A stretch of DNA of 59,822 nt from the IMG/VR virus record IMGVR_UViG_3300021959_000041, positions 1 to 59,822 of that record. One strand, given 5' to 3'. Source of the stretch: a virus (Duplodnaviria > Caudoviricetes). The notes below the pieces were generated by a model. The model was not told where the DNA came from. It did no database searches and worked only from the letters and a program-made list of their open reading frames with translations. Positions 46,423 to 56,549 of the stretch are shown piece after piece. Both the position numbers and the translations under genes were made by a program. How positions within the stretch are numbered: the stretch's first letter is position 1; every line of letters starts with the position of its first letter.

Positions 46423-48858
46423 CTATCTTGGCTCAAATTCTGCAAGGTCAAACCCGTCTAAGGAATCTTCATTAGATTCAAAATTCTTAGGAGGTAAATT
46501 ATTTTTACGTTGATTTATAAGTTCGGACTGTTCAGTGCTTTGTTGACTTATTCTGTCGCTTTTAGCTTTTTCTTTCGCACTTTCTCTCATGCCTAACTGC
46601 TCTTGTGTCATACCTTGAAGCTGCATACTATATTGAAACTCTTTCTGCATTAACTGAGCTTTTAATTCCGCTTCAGCTGCTTGTTTTTGAATTTCAAATT
46701 GTATATCTGCTTGTCTATACTTAATCTTAGCCTCCATTTCCATCTGTACTTTTTGAGCATCCATTTGAGCTTTCATTTGTTGAGACTGAAGTTGTTGTTG
46801 ATTTATCATAGCTTGCTTCTTCATATCTCTTTGCTCATCTTGCTCTTGCTTAGCTTTACGTTTTACTTTAAGCAATTGGTTTGCAAGTTTGAGATTTTTA
46901 ATTTCACGTATATCAATAGCATCTTCAAGATTAATATCATTTTTAGATAATGCCATTTGAATATTTTGCTCAAGCATAGCTTTTTGCTCTTCATCTGGAG
47001 ACAACTCAATAAAGACTCCAAAGTCATATATATATAAATCAGATATCTCTCCAAGTATACCAACATTGTATTTCCCTATTTTATTTATAAAGTCTTCTTT
47101 AAAATCAGAATATTCTAAAATATCCGCTACCCTGTAAGTTAGCGCTTCTGCTAACGTTCTATATATGTAAAGACTTCCATCTAATATATGACGAGTAGCG
47201 GTATTAGAACTTAATGATGCTAGCTTTTGAACACCCACTAAAGCATCGGAGTTGGCAATTGTACCGTCTCTCGCTTCATTTAAGCCTGTTACAGCTCGTA
47301 TCATGTCTAAGTAGTGGTTTAGGTTAGCAATAAGCATTTGTGTCTTAGAAGCTCCTGAATTACTTGTAAGCTGCTGTATAGGAATTTTACCTTGGTTGTA
47401 ATCTCCTTCTTGTGTATAACTTCTACCAATTACCGAACCTGTTTGGAAATAAAGTCTTAATGCATCTTCTGGATTATATGCTGCTCCTGTACCTAAATCA
47501 ACTTCATTTAAACCATCTGCATCTATATATACCCCATCAGGAACTGTTCTAGCTATAACCTGTTGTAGTTTTAAATGAGTCATCTGAATTAAATCAGCAT
47601 AAGGTATCATTCTTCTTACTAAAGATTCAATAACTCCTTTATACATTCTAGGTGCTGCAGCCACATAATTAGGTATTGCGTGTTGAGATGAAGACTTAGG
47701 TCTTACCATGTTTTTAGCAAGCTCCCACTTTAACACTATGTTTGTTCCCATCACCATAACACCGTCATACCACACATCAATAGTTTTTTCTACTTTCTCG
47801 AAATTGTTTTCTTCCATCATGTCTACTGGAGGATTGAAAGTGTCTTCCTTTTCAATCATTTTAATATTACCATTGTCATTAACTTTTTTCTTATAAACCA
47901 TCTTCTTTGTGGTTTTATAATTAAAATACATTAATGTACAAGTGTCACGATAAAAGATATCATTCTCATAAAACTGAGCAACATTAAAATAATCATACCA
48001 GCTCTGGCTGTATTTTGATATTTTTTCTAAATCATCTGTAGTAAGTGTTGGGTCAATTTTCATCAACTCTGCTATAGGAACAGTTTTAATTTCACCCCAA
48101 TAAAAACAATCTTTAAAGTGCGGGTCTTCAGTATAACTGTATACCACATTAGCTGGGTCTACATAAGAAACCTGAACACCACTTCCCTGAAGAAACTCGT
48201 GTTTTGCTACAGCCATACCCGTCACCATCATATCGTAATCTAAACGCTTACGAATGTCATCATAATGATTTTCGGCAAACATTGTATCAATCGCTTCTTC
48301 TTCTGCAATCTCTATGGCTGGTTTATAATTTAAGTTCATATAAAGAGACAACTCTTCATCACTAGCAGGTAAATCGTCTGGATTCATGGTGAAAGGATTG
48401 AAGCCTGTGCCATCCTGTATAATTGTTAACGCTTCTTTAGCATCCATTTGCCCTTGAATCATTTGTTGAAACTTACTTCTTTTTTCCTGTGAAATAGCAT
48501 CTTGTGCGTAAGCTTTTACTTTAAACAATCTATCAGACATTCCATTAACTACAATGTCTACAAACTTTGGAATAATAGGAACTGGAGTCCAATCTAAATT
48601 TAAGTAAGATAAATCACCATCTACCGCTAATTCATTTTTATATTTTGCTATGGATTGTTCCCCTCTTGCGTAAAGGCGTAATCTGTTAAAGTCCCTCCAC
48701 TGACTATAATATCGGCATCCGTTAGAATCTTTACGAAACCATTCATATTGAATAGCCTGCCCTATTTGTAACCCAAACTCATCGGTTGCTTTTTCAGCAT
48801 CAGATACAAACTGACTAGGGAATCCTACAGATGAAATGTTTATGTTTACCTCTTTCAT
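46423..48858 (-). CDS. portal protein
   Basis: 811 aa right after terminase; PIIPKFVDIVVN motif; Gln-rich C-terminal coiled coil (podoviral barrel). Confidence 0.88.
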   Translation of the reverse strand: MKEVNINISSVGFPSQFVSDAEKATDEFGLQIGQAIQYEWFRKDSNGCRYYSQWRDFNRLRLYARGEQSIAKYKNELAVDGDLSYLNLDWTPVPIIPKFVDIVVNGMSDRLFKVKAYAQDAISQEKRSKFQQMIQGQMDAKEALTIIQDGTGFNPFTMNPDDLPASDEELSLYMNLNYKPAIEIAEEEAIDTMFAENHYDDIRKRLDYDMMVTGMAVAKHEFLQGSGVQVSYVDPANVVYSYTEDPHFKDCFYWGEIKTVPIAELMKIDPTLTTDDLEKISKYSQSWYDYFNVAQFYENDIFYRDTCTLMYFNYKTTKKMVYKKKVNDNGNIKMIEKEDTFNPPVDMMEENNFEKVEKTIDVWYDGVMVMGTNIVLKWELAKNMVRPKSSSQHAIPNYVAAAPRMYKGVIESLVRRMIPYADLIQMTHLKLQQVIARTVPDGVYIDADGLNEVDLGTGAAYNPEDALRLYFQTGSVIGRSYTQEGDYNQGKIPIQQLTSNSGASKTQMLIANLNHYLDMIRAVTGLNEARDGTIANSDALVGVQKLASLSSNTATRHILDGSLYIYRTLAEALTYRVADILEYSDFKEDFINKIGKYNVGILGEISDLYIYDFGVFIELSPDEEQKAMLEQNIQMALSKNDINLEDAIDIREIKNLKLANQLLKVKRKAKQEQDEQRDMKKQAMINQQQLQSQQMKAQMDAQKVQMEMEAKIKYRQADIQFEIQKQAAEAELKAQLMQKEFQYSMQLQGMTQEQLGMRESAKEKAKSDRISQQSTEQSELINQRKNNLPPKNFESNEDSLDGFDLAEFEPR

Positions 48859-51101
48859 CTAATTAATTCACTTAATGTTCCTTTATTATTATATGTTGCA
48901 AAGTTAAGACTTATTTTTGATTGTTTTTTCTCAGGAAGATAAACATGCTTTTGATTTGCCATAATTGCAAGCCCTGAACTAATACTAGCATCGAACTTAG
49001 TTCTAGCACTAATATCAAACCTAGCCCAGTCTTCTAAAGTCCTTATGAAATACATACTTCCCATCTCATCTCCAGCTCTATGCTGTCCATCTAAATCTAT
49101 ACCTACATGCTTTTCTATATATGATTCTATAGCTGCTGCGTGTGATTGTTTTACATCCTCAGAAGTATTAGGTATACCACCAAGTTCTTTTTCTGTTTTT
49201 GATAATTTATTATAATGTTTATCGGGCCTGTTCATACTAAATCCTCTGTACCCTCTGTTTTTAAAATGATAGAGTAACCTTGGTTTGTTATTCTCTACAA
49301 GTATAGGCATCCCATAAAACACACATGCCATTAATACTTCTTCAAAAAATATCTCTGCCGTTTGTGGTCTAGCAACATACTCTAAAAAAAACTCATTACT
49401 CGGAGCTTCATCCATATTATATTTAGTTAAACCATGCAGAGCTCCATTAGAACCTCCACCTCCAACAGTTCCAGATATATCATACGAGTCACACCCAAAT
49501 GCTCCTATATGTTCGTTAACAGGAAAATATACTCCATGCTTTTTAACCTTCCTATTATTCAATCCTCTTTTAGGAGTCCAAGATACTTTGAATCTTCCCC
49601 TGGAATCTGGTGTCCATATCACCTCTGAATCTTTCACTCCATCTTTCCAGTAGAATCTACCTCTAGTTATGTGATGCTCCATAATAAGAGAATCATTATA
49701 ATCTATCTGCTGATATATCTTTGTTAAATTAAATAAAGAGGATTTACTTTCATCTCTAAATGCGTGTGACTCTGTTCTTGGAAACTGTCTGTAAAATTCA
49801 TTTAACGCATCTGCATCTTTTTTTAATGATTCTACTTCTGCTTCCCAATAATCTATTGCTCCGTTTGTTATCCACTCATCATCTACCCCTCTAATTTTTT
49901 TCTCAGGCTTTCTAAACACAGGCATACCGTATCTATCAATAAAACCTTCCATGTTCCACTCCATTGGAATAAATAGATTATATAATCCTGATTTAGTCTG
50001 ACCATTTGCATTACGAGTCTTTAAATCTGAATCCTCAAACAAACGCTTGAAGTTCTCACCACCTTTACTAAGTGCATTTGAAGTAGACCCCATCATACAC
50101 TTACCTATTATCTTACTACCTAATCTCAAACAAGTCTTAGTAACACGCCAGTTGTTTTGAATGTTATTTGGTTTTAGCCACTTACCTGATTCATCGTGTA
50201 CTAGAAGTAAAAGTTTCTCACCATCATAAGAGTTATCATCCGTGTTCTTCCAGTCAATTGTTGTGTCTAACCCTGTTAGCTCATCATCCATAACCTCATG
50301 CATATTCTTCTTGGTTATTTTAGAAGCTGGAACTCTGAAAGCTAATTCAGTTTTAGGTTTATCCATACCATCCTGAATAGGTTTAAAAAAGAAAGGAAGT
50401 CTATTAGCAATAGGCACAACCTTATCAGTAAACATTTTTTTAGCATCCGAACCAGTTTTAGAAAGTATACCAACCCTTGAATCACGTGCTAACGTTCCTG
50501 TATTAACACACTCAGACGACCCCATAAAAGAAAATCCTGAACGTCTTATTTTCAAATAATCCATACCAAAACACCTCTTGTCCGCTTTACAAGCTTCCCA
50601 ATATAAAAAGAATATTCTATTAGCTTCTCTATAGTCAGGATACCCAACATCAATACTTGTCCACTGTAGATACATATAATGAGAACCTGTAATGTAAGTT
50701 GGTTTTCCATTATTGTAGAACCAGAAACCTAATTCTCTTCTATCAAACTCCGACTCTATATAATCTACCCATTTGTTTTTAAATGCAGAAGGCCTGTCGT
50801 TCCACTGGAATATAGAATTAATTCTAGATAAATCCTTAGGTAGTTCTTCCCTTTCCCAGTACTGCTCTTCTTTTTTATCAGAACGTTTAAACAATTCCTC
50901 TGGCTCTTTAGGAAGTCCAATTGCTAAACCATTTATGTTTATTATCTGACCTATTGTTCCATTTCTAGATATTACTACTAAGTCATACTTTTCACTATAC
51001 CCATATAACCACGTCTTAGCTCTATTCTTTTTTGTAAGAACAGACTTAGGTATATAATCTTTTATTACCTGATATAATTTATTTTGACCTTCGTTCTGCA
51101 A
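48855..51101 (-). CDS. terL: terminase large subunit
   Basis: Walker A-like LKIRRSGFS, Walker B LVHDESGKW, MGST, nuclease FGCDSYD, VENN. Confidence 0.92.
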   Translation of the reverse strand: MQNEGQNKLYQVIKDYIPKSVLTKKNRAKTWLYGYSEKYDLVVISRNGTIGQIININGLAIGLPKEPEELFKRSDKKEEQYWEREELPKDLSRINSIFQWNDRPSAFKNKWVDYIESEFDRRELGFWFYNNGKPTYITGSHYMYLQWTSIDVGYPDYREANRIFFLYWEACKADKRCFGMDYLKIRRSGFSFMGSSECVNTGTLARDSRVGILSKTGSDAKKMFTDKVVPIANRLPFFFKPIQDGMDKPKTELAFRVPASKITKKNMHEVMDDELTGLDTTIDWKNTDDNSYDGEKLLLLVHDESGKWLKPNNIQNNWRVTKTCLRLGSKIIGKCMMGSTSNALSKGGENFKRLFEDSDLKTRNANGQTKSGLYNLFIPMEWNMEGFIDRYGMPVFRKPEKKIRGVDDEWITNGAIDYWEAEVESLKKDADALNEFYRQFPRTESHAFRDESKSSLFNLTKIYQQIDYNDSLIMEHHITRGRFYWKDGVKDSEVIWTPDSRGRFKVSWTPKRGLNNRKVKKHGVYFPVNEHIGAFGCDSYDISGTVGGGGSNGALHGLTKYNMDEAPSNEFFLEYVARPQTAEIFFEEVLMACVFYGMPILVENNKPRLLYHFKNRGYRGFSMNRPDKHYNKLSKTEKELGGIPNTSEDVKQSHAAAIESYIEKHVGIDLDGQHRAGDEMGSMYFIRTLEDWARFDISARTKFDASISSGLAIMANQKHVYLPEKKQSKISLNFATYNNKGTLSELIR

Positions 51102-51357
51102 ATCCTTGTTTTGTATCTGTTTTATCTACTTGTCCTCCAGAATTAATAACCTCTTCTTCTAAATCTATTTTATTTAATATCTCAAACGCATCGAATATAG
51201 CTAGTTTTTTTGTAGCTGCTGCGTTCTTTAATCTATCAGCTGCTAGCTCATCATCAGGGTCTGGCTTTATGATATCTTCTTTAGCAACTTTTATAAGCTG
51301 CTCTACAGCTCTACGCCCTGCGTGTATAATTTCTTTTTTTAAATCCTCTGACTTCAT
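51079..51357 (-). CDS. possible terminase small subunit
   Basis: Small helical protein overlapping the terL start; positional inference only. Confidence 0.4.
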   Translation of the reverse strand: MKSEDLKKEIIHAGRRAVEQLIKVAKEDIIKPDPDDELAADRLKNAAATKKLAIFDAFEILNKIDLEEEVINSGGQVDKTDTKQGFAERRSK

Positions 51358-51917
51358 AACTTCATTGTTATTTGATGGTCAAACATTCTATATAACTTTT
51401 CATCATCCACTGTAAACTCATATTCACTATTTGGTTTAAATGATATTCTATCTCCACTGTTGACTCCTTGTGAAGATAAATATTTATTTGGGTATTTCAT
51501 AATACCAATCAATGGTTCTTCTTTTCCAAGCTTCATTATAAATGATTCTTCAACAGGCACAGGTTTAACAAAACAATATCTATCATGACAAACCCACTGG
51601 TCATTATGTTTGTACATAAAAAACTGGTCATCCTCTATAAAAAACAAATCATCTTTAAAAAAACTCTTACCGCTTTTTTGCCTACCCTTCATATCATTGT
51701 AAAACTTAAATACATTGTGATGTACTAAAAGTAAGTCTCCCACTTCTATTTCTCCATTATAACCAAGTGGTGTAGCTACAACCACACCCTGTCTGTTTGA
51801 AGCCATGTGGTTTTCTTCAGAGGTGCTTGTTATAAAATCCATACCATCAATATCTTTTGTATTGGTATATCTTTTATCGTTAAGAGGTTTTACAATAAAA
51901 TAAAAAGGTGACCTCAT
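51354..51917 (-). CDS. tandem GroES-like domain protein
   Basis: Two repeats: FIVKP...GVVVATP...IEVGDLLLVHH and CFVKP...GIMKY...GVNSGDRISF...LYRM. Confidence 0.55.
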   Translation of the reverse strand: MRSPFYFIVKPLNDKRYTNTKDIDGMDFITSTSEENHMASNRQGVVVATPLGYNGEIEVGDLLLVHHNVFKFYNDMKGRQKSGKSFFKDDLFFIEDDQFFMYKHNDQWVCHDRYCFVKPVPVEESFIMKLGKEEPLIGIMKYPNKYLSSQGVNSGDRISFKPNSEYEFTVDDEKLYRMFDHQITMKL

Positions 51918-52141
51918 TAAAAGTTTATATTATATTCAATTGAAACTGGCATGTTAGAGTTAAACTCTTTCCAGAGTAATATCTCTCCCTCTTTTTGTAT
52001 CCATATTTTTATACTATCACTTCGCTCAACATACTGTATTAAGTGAATAAAATATTTTCCACCCAACACATCTTGACCTACTATATAATGCATAGCATCA
52101 GACTTATAGTTTGGCCCTATAGAGATTTTACGAATATCCAT
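51917..52141 (-). CDS. hypothetical protein (MDIRKISIG...)
   Basis: ORF track; promoter element 52162-52169. Confidence 0.8.
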   Translation of the reverse strand: MDIRKISIGPNYKSDAMHYIVGQDVLGGKYFIHLIQYVERSDSIKIWIQKEGEILLWKEFNSNMPVSIEYNINF

Positions 52142-52177
52142 TAGATTAAATTTAATTAATACAAAGATATAAATAAA

Positions 52178-52312
52178 TTACCTGCCTTGACCTCTATATT
52201 TTTTCTGGTAATACTTAGATGATTTTACTTTAGATGTTTTAGTTTTAGCATGTACCCCTGGTCTACGAGTTTTAGGTTTCTCGTAAAGGGTTGCTGACAT
52301 TGACTTTGCCAT
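52178..52312 (-). CDS. 44-aa basic peptide ending KKYRGQGR
   Basis: Read manually; C-terminal YRGQG motif familiar from aquatic phages. Confidence 0.75.
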   Translation of the reverse strand: MAKSMSATLYEKPKTRRPGVHAKTKTSKVKSSKYYQKKYRGQGR

Positions 52313-52684
52313 TTAATTAGATTTATTATTTAATTTTTCAAATGTTCTCATACCACCTAGACCTAGCATACCAACAAGAACTGTCATAAGATGTTCCATT
52401 TGAAGAGCAGGTGGAGCTGTTTCTACACCCATATACCACACAAGCATATCTCTTATGATAAAATTATATGCAAGGGCTATCCCGCACACCCAACCTATGA
52501 AGGGACGCCATCCGGCTACAAAAATTGTTCTGTGCTTTGCCTCCATCTCATTGATAGCAGTTTGCATCTCTATAAGTTTTTGTGGGTCTACCTCTTTACC
52601 TTTAATAAGCTCTCTTATTTCAAGACCTAGGCCATCTACACCTGAGTCACTAAATCCTAATAATTTTTTTAATAGTTTAAGCAT
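52313..52684 (-). CDS. holin (GTA-type 3TM holin family)
   Basis: FVAGWRPFIGWVCG...LVGMLGLGGMRTFEK; next to endolysin. Confidence 0.85.
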   Translation of the reverse strand: MLKLLKKLLGFSDSGVDGLGLEIRELIKGKEVDPQKLIEMQTAINEMEAKHRTIFVAGWRPFIGWVCGIALAYNFIIRDMLVWYMGVETAPPALQMEHLMTVLVGMLGLGGMRTFEKLNNKSN

Positions 52685-53033
52685 AAGTCCAAATTACGTC
52701 TTTTGTTTTTATTGGGTCAGCATCAACATGAATAAATGTTTTTGCTATTCCGATGCGATTGAATCCAACTTCGATAAGCGCTGATAATATTTTGAATCTA
52801 TCTGCAGAGGATGTTGCATGTATGTCGGCAGCGAATCCTCTAAGATGCGACGAGTTCTCTGTCCCTCCCACTTTTTCATTATGTTTTGGAGTTCTGAAGC
52901 CGGAATTAATTTTGAATGGTGTCCCTGCAATTTGACGTGCACTGTCGAGCAAGAGTAAAAAAGACTCATCCATATTCCTACCACTATCAGGGAAATCAGG
53001 CGAGTCAAATTCTGCATAGCTAAAGTATTTCAC
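52677..53033 (-). CDS. endolysin, peptidase M15 family
   Basis: INSGFRT..HN..VGG..NSSHL.G.AADI...FIHVD. Confidence 0.9.
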   Translation of the reverse strand: MKYFSYAEFDSPDFPDSGRNMDESFLLLLDSARQIAGTPFKINSGFRTPKHNEKVGGTENSSHLRGFAADIHATSSADRFKILSALIEVGFNRIGIAKTFIHVDADPIKTKDVIWTYA

Positions 53034-53179
53034 TTTTTTTGAAGTAGTTGATAAATTTTAATAATTGTATAAATTATGGTAGCTAGTAAAAGTAAACTTT
53101 GTAAAGCCTCATTAATTTGAGATATACTAAGTACTAAAACTGTAATTCCCAGTATCGTAGGTTCAAAGTCTAAATTCAT
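53030..53179 (-). CDS. 49-aa two-helix membrane protein (holin/antiholin-like)
   Basis: Read manually (MNLDFEPTILGITVLVLSISQINEALQSLLLLATIIYTIIKIYQLLQKK); GTGA overlap with endolysin. Confidence 0.65.
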   Translation of the reverse strand: MNLDFEPTILGITVLVLSISQINEALQSLLLLATIIYTIIKIYQLLQKK

Positions 53180-53180
53180 G

Positions 53181-53558
53181 TTATTCTGTTTCATCAGTTA
53201 TAGGTTCAACTAAATCCCAATTTTGAGTTTCCTCATTCCAGTTATATAGGTTATCATCCTCTGGCATTGGCGTTGGGGGTTGCCAATCAAAGTTATCGTC
53301 TAAAGACCAACTTGGGTATGGCTGAGGCGCAACAAAAACATCACTGTCTGAGTCGTAGGTATAACCTGTGCCAGCAAACTGTTTTCTTATATTGTTGTTA
53401 TAAGATGTTTGCACCCAGTTCGTATGACCAAAAAGCGTAGAACAAAACTCTACTCCTTTAGCTTCGCTTTCTATTTCACCATCAAGCAGTTCATTATTGT
53501 GTACAACAATTACTTGTAATACTGTGTTGTTTTCGTCAAGTTCTGCAAAGTGTGCCAT
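53181..53558 (-). CDS. tail fibre-associated protein (MAHFAELD family)
   Basis: WVQTSYN..IRKQFAG.GYTYD...FVAPQPYPSW; follows a Gly-rich fibre gene; start moved to ATG 53558. Confidence 0.65.
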   Translation of the reverse strand: MAHFAELDENNTVLQVIVVHNNELLDGEIESEAKGVEFCSTLFGHTNWVQTSYNNNIRKQFAGTGYTYDSDSDVFVAPQPYPSWSLDDNFDWQPPTPMPEDDNLYNWNEETQNWDLVEPITDETE

Positions 53559-53584
53559 AAACCACAAAGTTAATTAAATTTTAT

Positions 53585-56545
53585 TTATGAATGAACGTAT
53601 GTTCCACTCCCTGTATATGTTAATATTGTATAATCTCCATCTGTTGTAACTGTTGGTGAACCTGTTGTAGAGCTTGAATATTCAGACGTTAGCAACTTTA
53701 ATATGACTACCCCTGATGCTCCACCAGCACCACTACTAGAGCTTCCTGAACCTTGACCACCATCACCTGTGTTCGCAGTCGATGCGGACGGTGACCCATT
53801 ATTAACGTTACCATTACCCCCAGCTGCATAAGTTACCGCAGAACCTGTAATATCTACGCTTAAACCTGAACCTTGACCGCTAGTACCAAAACCACCAACT
53901 GAAGCAGCACCTCCACCTCCACCACCTTGTGTAGCTGCTGGGTCATAACCACCATCAAACCCCTGATTAGCCGTACCGGCAGCTCCATAATAACCACCTC
54001 CTGAACCTCTACCACCACCAGAACCACCAGTTCTTCCTCCTGAAAGCATCCCACCTCCACCTCCACCTCCAATAGATGTAATTGTGGTTAAACCTGTGGC
54101 AGAAATTGACGAATCGCTACCATCACTTCCGTCTCTATAAAACGCACCAGTATAACTAGCGCCCCCACCTCCACTACCAACAGTAATTGTGTAAGTTCCT
54201 GCCGCTAAAGTTATGTCGCTTTCTGAACCTGAACCCCCGCCTGAAGTTGGTTTATGAGAAGTTCTAAGTCCTCCTGCTCCCCCTCCTGCTGCTGAACCTG
54301 AGCTAGTGCTTGATGCTCCTCCTCCACCTCCTCCAGCAATATTTAAGAACGACATAGTTCCAGCTTTTGGATATTGTGTTTCTTTAAAGGCCATGTAAAT
54401 CCAAGAGGAACCAGCTTCATTAAAGTCCGTTCCATCAAAATCAAAACCTGTTGATGTTAAATTAAAATTAGTATTAGTAAATTGAGCAGCAGAACTATTA
54501 GCCAATAATACGCTTGTATCACCTCTTGCTGTATCAAACATATACCAATCTGAAATACTGTTTGTTCTTTTAATCATTACCCAAGATGGAGTAAATCCTA
54601 CATTTTGAGCATTACCCGCACTCCCCGTTCCAGTATAACTTCCCATCTTGCTAAACCCTGCTGTTGATTTAAAACAATAAGCTACGTAAGTTCTTCCAGT
54701 TGTGTTGGCGTTTCCAAAAGTGTTATTTAAAGTAAAAGTTGTGGCGTTGGAAGCAAACCAATTTGAAAACGTGTCTAAGGCGTTATTTAAATTTAATGTA
54801 AGATAATCGTTAACACCTATTGTTTCATAATAATTTATCCAGTTTGTCGAGCCTGTATTCATACATTTAATAATTATAGCGTCCGGCGCAACAGTCAATC
54901 CATGGCCTACAGTTGCTCCTGATGTAGAATTTCCTGTGTATGTAACTATGCTAAAACCTGCTGCTTGATTTGCAGACACTATAGATTGTATGTCTCCATC
55001 ATTGTTTATAGCTGGAATAGGATTTGCTTTCCAACACCAAGCTACCATATTACTTCCATTTTCATTTGTGTACGGGTCTTGACCTACTGTAAATCCATCA
55101 GTATCAAAACTATTAAAGTCATTAGCAGTTGTGTTAAAATCAGCTGCATCTAAGTTCGTGTAGTTTCCAGGCACAAGCTCTGAACCTAACAATCTAACAT
55201 TATCAAATTCCATATGGTCTCTTGCAGAACTTCTGTTTTTTATCCAAACCCAGCTTGGGCTAAACCCTAAACCGGTGATTGCTCTATTACTAGTAGCGTT
55301 TCCTGTATATAATCTATTAGCAAAACTATCCGATAAAGTTGGCGCAGCTGTTGGGTCTGAAGCAAATGCTATATATAGAAATTGGTCGGCATTAGCGTTC
55401 CAAGAAGAGTCATCATTAGAAATTTTAAATCCTGTGCTTAAAAAATCAACAGCATCGTCTGTAGTGTTTGACTCAGCATTATTTAAATTTGGAAATAAAG
55501 TTCTTTGCCTGTGATTTAATGGGTTTCTTTTATTATCAACCATTCTCCAGTTTGATGTACCAGAAGTGTTTTTTACAATTAAAAGCGCTGGTTCAAATCC
55601 TGTTTCTACAAGTGGGCCGTCCTGACTTGCGTTCCCTTGATATTTTCCTATTTTTGAATATCCTGCTACTGAAGCAAAACAATATGCTATAAAAGTACCT
55701 CCGCTAGCGTTTACATCTCCATAAGTACCTAACGAAAAAACTGAAGAGGTTGGTAGCGTAGAGTTGAAAGGGTTGGTTGGGGTTTGAGTACCACTTGGGT
55801 CGCTTAATTCCATTACCTGATTAGCAGGGTCTGTAGTTTGGTTCGTAAACATTTTCCAGCCGGATATAGCTAGATAATTATTAAATATAATTATTTCAGG
55901 GGCTACTCCTAATCCATGTCCCACAGTGCCATTAGCTCCTGTTCCCGTAAACTTAACCAATGAAAAACCTGCTTTTGTGTTTGCTTGTACATCACTAGTA
56001 ATACTACCTTCTGTATTACTGCTAGTAGTTCCACCTCCTGCTTTCCAACACCAAGCTACGTAAGGGCCTCTTGCTGAATCATTAACAACACCACCCGAGT
56101 CTGTACCTAACGTGAATCCATCACTATCAAAAGAAGTAAAACCAGTTGGCCTATTTGCTTGAGCGTTTACTGAGTTTGATGATAAATCGTTACCTGCGCC
56201 TCTTGTTGAATCGTTCCATATATGTGATTCAGCATTACCTCTGTCTTTTATCCAAACTAAATCAGGTTGAAACCCTACACCTGTAATAGGATGGGTAGCA
56301 CTTGTACCGTCATATAAAACAATATTAAAATGCTCGCTTGGTGTTGGGGGTATTTCCTCTGATTGTAAATCTCTCCATGCTCCTCCATCCCAAAACTCTA
56401 CTAAGTTAGTAGTCGTGTTATATCTCCACTCACCTGTACTTGGACTAGTCGGTCTCTCTGCAGTAGTTCCACTAGGCAACTTTAAAGCAGTGTTTAAACT
56501 TTCTAAGTTAAATAAATCCGGGTTTGTAATTTTTGTTGTTGCCAT
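53585..56545 (-). CDS. tail fibre protein, two GF.PDLVWIK-type repeat domains plus Gly-rich C-terminal domain
   Basis: Internal duplication visible; GGGGG-rich C-terminus; LPSGTTAERP N-terminal motif. Confidence 0.75.
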   Translation of the reverse strand: MATTKITNPDLFNLESLNTALKLPSGTTAERPTSPSTGEWRYNTTTNLVEFWDGGAWRDLQSEEIPPTPSEHFNIVLYDGTSATHPITGVGFQPDLVWIKDRGNAESHIWNDSTRGAGNDLSSNSVNAQANRPTGFTSFDSDGFTLGTDSGGVVNDSARGPYVAWCWKAGGGTTSSNTEGSITSDVQANTKAGFSLVKFTGTGANGTVGHGLGVAPEIIIFNNYLAISGWKMFTNQTTDPANQVMELSDPSGTQTPTNPFNSTLPTSSVFSLGTYGDVNASGGTFIAYCFASVAGYSKIGKYQGNASQDGPLVETGFEPALLIVKNTSGTSNWRMVDNKRNPLNHRQRTLFPNLNNAESNTTDDAVDFLSTGFKISNDDSSWNANADQFLYIAFASDPTAAPTLSDSFANRLYTGNATSNRAITGLGFSPSWVWIKNRSSARDHMEFDNVRLLGSELVPGNYTNLDAADFNTTANDFNSFDTDGFTVGQDPYTNENGSNMVAWCWKANPIPAINNDGDIQSIVSANQAAGFSIVTYTGNSTSGATVGHGLTVAPDAIIIKCMNTGSTNWINYYETIGVNDYLTLNLNNALDTFSNWFASNATTFTLNNTFGNANTTGRTYVAYCFKSTAGFSKMGSYTGTGSAGNAQNVGFTPSWVMIKRTNSISDWYMFDTARGDTSVLLANSSAAQFTNTNFNLTSTGFDFDGTDFNEAGSSWIYMAFKETQYPKAGTMSFLNIAGGGGGGASSTSSGSAAGGGAGGLRTSHKPTSGGGSGSESDITLAAGTYTITVGSGGGGASYTGAFYRDGSDGSDSSISATGLTTITSIGGGGGGGMLSGGRTGGSGGGRGSGGGYYGAAGTANQGFDGGYDPAATQGGGGGGAASVGGFGTSGQGSGLSVDITGSAVTYAAGGNGNVNNGSPSASTANTGDGGQGSGSSSSGAGGASGVVILKLLTSEYSSSTTGSPTVTTDGDYTILTYTGSGTYVHS

Positions 56546-56549
56546 TTAA

